Origin: Macrostomum hystrix
Lineage: Eukaryota; Animalia; Platyhelminthes
DNA length: 64,000 bases
Direction: 5' to 3'
Assembly (NCBI GenBank): GCA_950097015.1
Contig: CATNEN010000037.1
Span: forward strand, 4,216,001-4,280,000
The position numbers and the translations under genes are program-made. The notes beneath the pieces are model-generated. The model saw only the letters and a list, made by a program, of their open reading frames with translations. It was not told where the DNA came from and made no database searches. Shown here one piece after another: positions 60,268 to 64,000 of this stretch. Numbering within the stretch: position 1 is the stretch's first letter; every line of letters starts with the position of its first letter.

Positions 60268-60419
60268 TACTAGTCGAAAAAGTGCTGAACGCGCTGGGTG
60301 GAGTATGAGGGTCCTGGTTTGAGGTGTCCGTTGGAGTATAAGGGATTGATGTGTTGGGGGGTGTCATATGCGGTAGCGGTACAGCAAGCTGCCCGCCTTC
60401 TTCGGCCCCAAAGGACGGA

Positions 60420-60960
60420 CCACCAGGCTGTTTTTCAGCTCTGCCGCCAACGCATCTCCTCAGGAGGGTTTTCAGCTCTGCCGCCAACGCATCTCCTCAG
60501 GAGGGTTTTCAGCTCTGCTGCCAACGCATCTCCTCAGGAGGGTTTTCAGCTCTGCTGCCAACGCATCTCCTCAGGAGGGTTTTCAGCTCTGCTGCCAACG
60601 ACGACCAGCTGCCAATCCTCCTGTACGGACTGGAGGCAGTGCCGATGACTGACTCGAGGTCTCGAGCCCTTGACGCTGCCTACCGATCGCTGCTGCGGTT
60701 CGTCCTCAGCATCCACTTTCCAGAGCGGCTGCCGACGGACCTGCTGATGGCGCGAGCACGCGAGCCTCAGCTCAGCGCCACCCTCCAGCGGCACCGGCTG
60801 ATGCTTGTCGGCCACTTCCTCCGCAGCGGCGGCAGAGGGGAGCAAACCCTGCACGAGGACCATCATGCTGACCGCCACGCTGGAGTCTGACCTGCAACAC
60901 ATTAATCTGACCCCTCAATCTGCCACAAACTGTCCATCTCGTATTTTCTGCGAGCGCGTG
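60420..60960 (+). mobile_element. Non-LTR retrotransposon (RTE-like) RT C-terminal fragment
   Basis: LPILLYGLEAV...LDAAYRSLLRFVLSIHFPERL...RHRLMLVGHFLR matches the RTE/L2-type 'LlYG.E.W...lLR.il.i.w...rRL...GH..R' region; 5'-truncated. Confidence 0.8.
60425..60600. repeat. 37-bp tandem repeat (GGAGGGTTTTCAGCTCTGCYGCCAACGCATCTCCTCA)n, ~5 units, inside the LINE fragment
   Basis: Visible 37-nt period. Confidence 0.93.
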
Positions 60961-61808
60961 CGCAAAGTGCCAATCTTAATCTTTGCGTCCATATATACGT
61001 GTTGGGGTGGTATGAGCGATTTTGGTATGAGCATTTGGGTGGGGTATGAGAGTTGGTGTGTAGGGGTAGAATGTGGTAGACGGGTTCGGCACAGGGGTCG
61101 GGTGGGGTCTTAGGGTTCGGTGTAGGGGCTTGGTGAGTATGAGGAGTTGGTCCATGAAAATGGCGTTATATTTACCGGAATCTTACGTGCGCTTTTGACA
61201 GCTCTCAAACCGCATAGCTCGTTGATCTCACTGGCTCACACTAACGACATCCGATTGTCATACCTCTCTATGACTGTCAGCTCACCGTGCTTCGATGGTC
61301 ACTTTACTATGAAGAAGCACTTCGAGTTAAAACAGTTTTGTAGTCAAATGAGACGAAAGAGCACTATATTTTTAGGCATGCAAATTTTCGCTCTTTGAAA
61401 TCGAGCACATTCAGAGAGGAGAGCACGTGAGAAAATAAAATAATAGATTTTAATTTTACAAACTCGCGAAAACCCTTCGATGGTGGAAGAAGAAGAGCTT
61501 ACTAAATTAAAAAACTTTAGTCATTTTTAAGGCATGAAACAGCGTATCAATTGTAAAAGGCGAAATTAAAAAGTTTGACGTCCCAACAGGCTGAACTGAT
61601 TTCCAATGAACCAACAATTTGTCTAAACCAAACGATTTAATAAAGGATTTCAAAACACTTCAAATTTTTATCCTTTTGTGTAGTCCTCTGCTTGGAAAGC
61701 CACGACTAACTTAACTCATGACTAATAGACCCGAAAATTAGGACAATAATTGTTAGCAAACATCGGCACGCAGTTCGTGCCCTCCAGTCAGCCAAATTGT
61801 CCACTGGC

Positions 61809-64000
61809 TTATATTTCAATTGGCTTGGGCCGCGGCTTCCTGATGTGCCGCATGTTGGAGCCTGGCTCAGTTGGCTTGAACGGCGCGTGACCGCCATACG
61901 GCCTGGGAATGGGCAACTCCACCTCGTCGTTCGGGATGTAGGCGTTCGGCCGCGGCTCGGCTGTGGTGACACCGCCGTGGCCCAACACGAACTGCTCCTG
62001 CTGCGCCGCCTGCGCCTGCGCCTCCTGGCGCTCGGTCTGGCGACGGTCTTCAACCATGCGAGACTTCAGCCATTCGGCTTCGATGTCTTCAGACGGTGGC
62101 TCGCCGCGCTCCATGCGCTGATAGCAGGACTGTAGGTACTGCTGCTTGTCCCGCACCTGCTGCTGCAGTTGCATGGCAGTGCTCATCAGCATGGTGAGTT
62201 CAGCCGTGCCGGCCTTCATTCGCTTGGTAACGGAGCCCATGCGGAACTTGTAGCCGTTTACTTCTTTGGCCAGGGCCAGAGTGTCGTGCTGGCCGGCCTT
62301 GCTCCGCCGCTCCAGCTGTTCCACCAGCCGGCCAACCGCCTCCAGCAGTAGTTGCCGCTCCAGCAGTTGTTCCTCCTTGGCTGCCAGGCGGATTTCCATG
62401 TCCTCGCACTTATTGTGCAGCTCAATGGGACCCGGGTCGGTGCCCTCTAGGTAGCGCAGCCGACCGTCCTGGCCGGGGTCCTCGGTGCGCGACTCCATCA
62501 GCAGCAGCCTGTCCTGACAGATGCTCAGCTGGATCTGCAGCACAGTCAGCTCGTCTTCAATCTGGCGCTTCTTCGGCAGCTTCTTCTTGGCCAGCTGCAC
62601 CTGACGCTCGTCCTCCTTCAGCTGGAGGCGCAAAAAGTCTAATTCTTCTTCGCGCTGACGCAGCTCCAGTTCGCCGCGCTGAATAACGGCCTCCTGCACG
62701 CGCACCTTCTCCTGAAGAACGTACACCTCTTCGTTGCGCTCGATGAGCTGCACGGCACGGTCGTTTAACAGCTGGACGGCTCGGTCGGACTGCTTGCGCA
62801 GCTGAACCATGGCCTCCTCGGAGGCATTCACCAGTCCGTTGAGTTGGTTGATGTCCAATTTTAGCTGCTCACGTACCTCGTTCTGCTCGTCGTCGTTATG
62901 TCGCTGCTTGCTCACCTGTTAATAGTTCAAGTGCACAGGCAGTTGAGCCATTTGTGCAAATTAAATTGATACATTCCTCGAGTTTTCATGTCAAAGAATT
63001 TTTTGACGAAGAGAATGGTCAACGGCTTTTATTGTTTTTTAAAGAATATTGTTAATTCCAACTCACCTCGTTGCGCAGCTGATCCCGCATCACAATCGAG
63101 TTGGCGTGACGTAGGCGCAGCTTTTGCAGGTGCTTCTCTCGTGTGCCTATGTTGGTGCGAAGAATCTCAACCTCGTTCTCCAGAATGCGAATCTTCTCTC
63201 GCATTTCTGAGGCCTTCTGGGCGGCCACCTGTACCAGGCTAACGCACTTGTTGCGCTCGTTTTTGATGACATCGTACAATTTGGCAAAGTCCTTCAGCTT
63301 CACTTCAAGCTCGCGGTGCTTCTTCTGGTGGTCCTGAATCTGCAACTGTCGACTCTTGAGGTCCTCAATGACACGTTTGTGCCGCATCTCTGCCTTCATG
63401 AAGTCTCGCGCCTTCTGTTCTCGCTCGTCGGCTTTGATAGCGGCCAGGCGAGTCAACTCGATGACTTCAATGCGCAGGTCCTGCAGCTTATACTGCAGCC
63501 GCTCCTCATCCTCAATGCTCTGGGTCACCTTGACCTGCTCTGCAGATGTCAGCGACGTCTCCTGGGCTACGTTGCGCCGGAAATCTTCGACCTCCTTGTC
63601 GAGGACAGCTTTTCGCTTCTCCATGGAGCCATCGTCGCGGGGCACGCTATCGAAATTCTGTTTTGTCTTCTCGTGTACCTGCGTCACCAAAGTGAGCGCA
63701 TCTTCGCTGGCCTTCTGCTGCAGCTGCGCCTTCTTAAGCGCCTTCAGCTCTCGCTCCTTCTCTCGCGCCTTTCGACTGTGTGTCTCCATCAGATTGCGTC
63801 GCTCTAGGTTCAAGTGACGCAGGTTCATGTCGATGGTGGCCCGGTCTGTAACCACCGTCATTTCCTTCTGGCGCAGCTCCTCCAAATCACCATTGATCTT
63901 ATCAACCGTCTCCTGGCTCTTTGAATTGCTGGTGACCTGTTGAGTGGCATCACGCTTCACGGTCTCCAGCTCTTTCGCCAGGCGACGAGATGCCTCCTCC
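61809..64000 (-). CDS. CCDC146: Coiled-coil domain-containing protein 146 (3' part; gene runs off the right edge)
   Basis: Exons >64000-63067 and 62915-61809 join in phase 0 (gtgagt/aacag); conserved C-terminus TTAEPRPNAYIP...LPIPRPYG..APFKPTEPGSNMRHIRKP..KPIEI. Confidence 0.93.

Overview
This is eukaryotic (metazoan) genomic DNA, not prokaryotic. GC-rich, Gln/Ala-rich exons with GT-AG introns sit in AT-rich spacer packed with minisatellites. The style suggests the flatworm Macrostomum lignano, but that is inference only. Most short ORFs in the supplied track are antisense shadows, repeat translations or alternative-start artefacts. Gene models I could join in frame by hand: LOTUS+Tudor (TDRD5/Tejas-like), a DHHC-family palmitoyltransferase with an HFHC motif, a Cys-less Rdx (SelW/MIEN1-like) protein, an uncharacterised multi-exon gene, Snail, an ependymin-related secreted protein, CFAP96/C4orf47, a PHD/F-box/LRR protein, TMEM179-like, a VAMP, an NHL-like beta-propeller and the 3' end of CCDC146. 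Mobile DNA: two tRNA-derived SINE families, an internally deleted mariner, an RTE-like LINE fragment, a probable fossil Ty3/gypsy, and a 1.4-kb TA-flanked palindrome made of two head-to-head 5' halves of a Tc1/IS630-like transposon. About 18 tandem arrays (units mostly 18-37 bp) are present, nearly all with different units. Many fill the cores of introns and several units resemble splice signals. No CRISPR array, rRNA or intact tRNA gene was seen. The strongest leads are the fold-back transposon, the intron-filling splice-signal-like arrays, and two apparent pseudo-enzymes.
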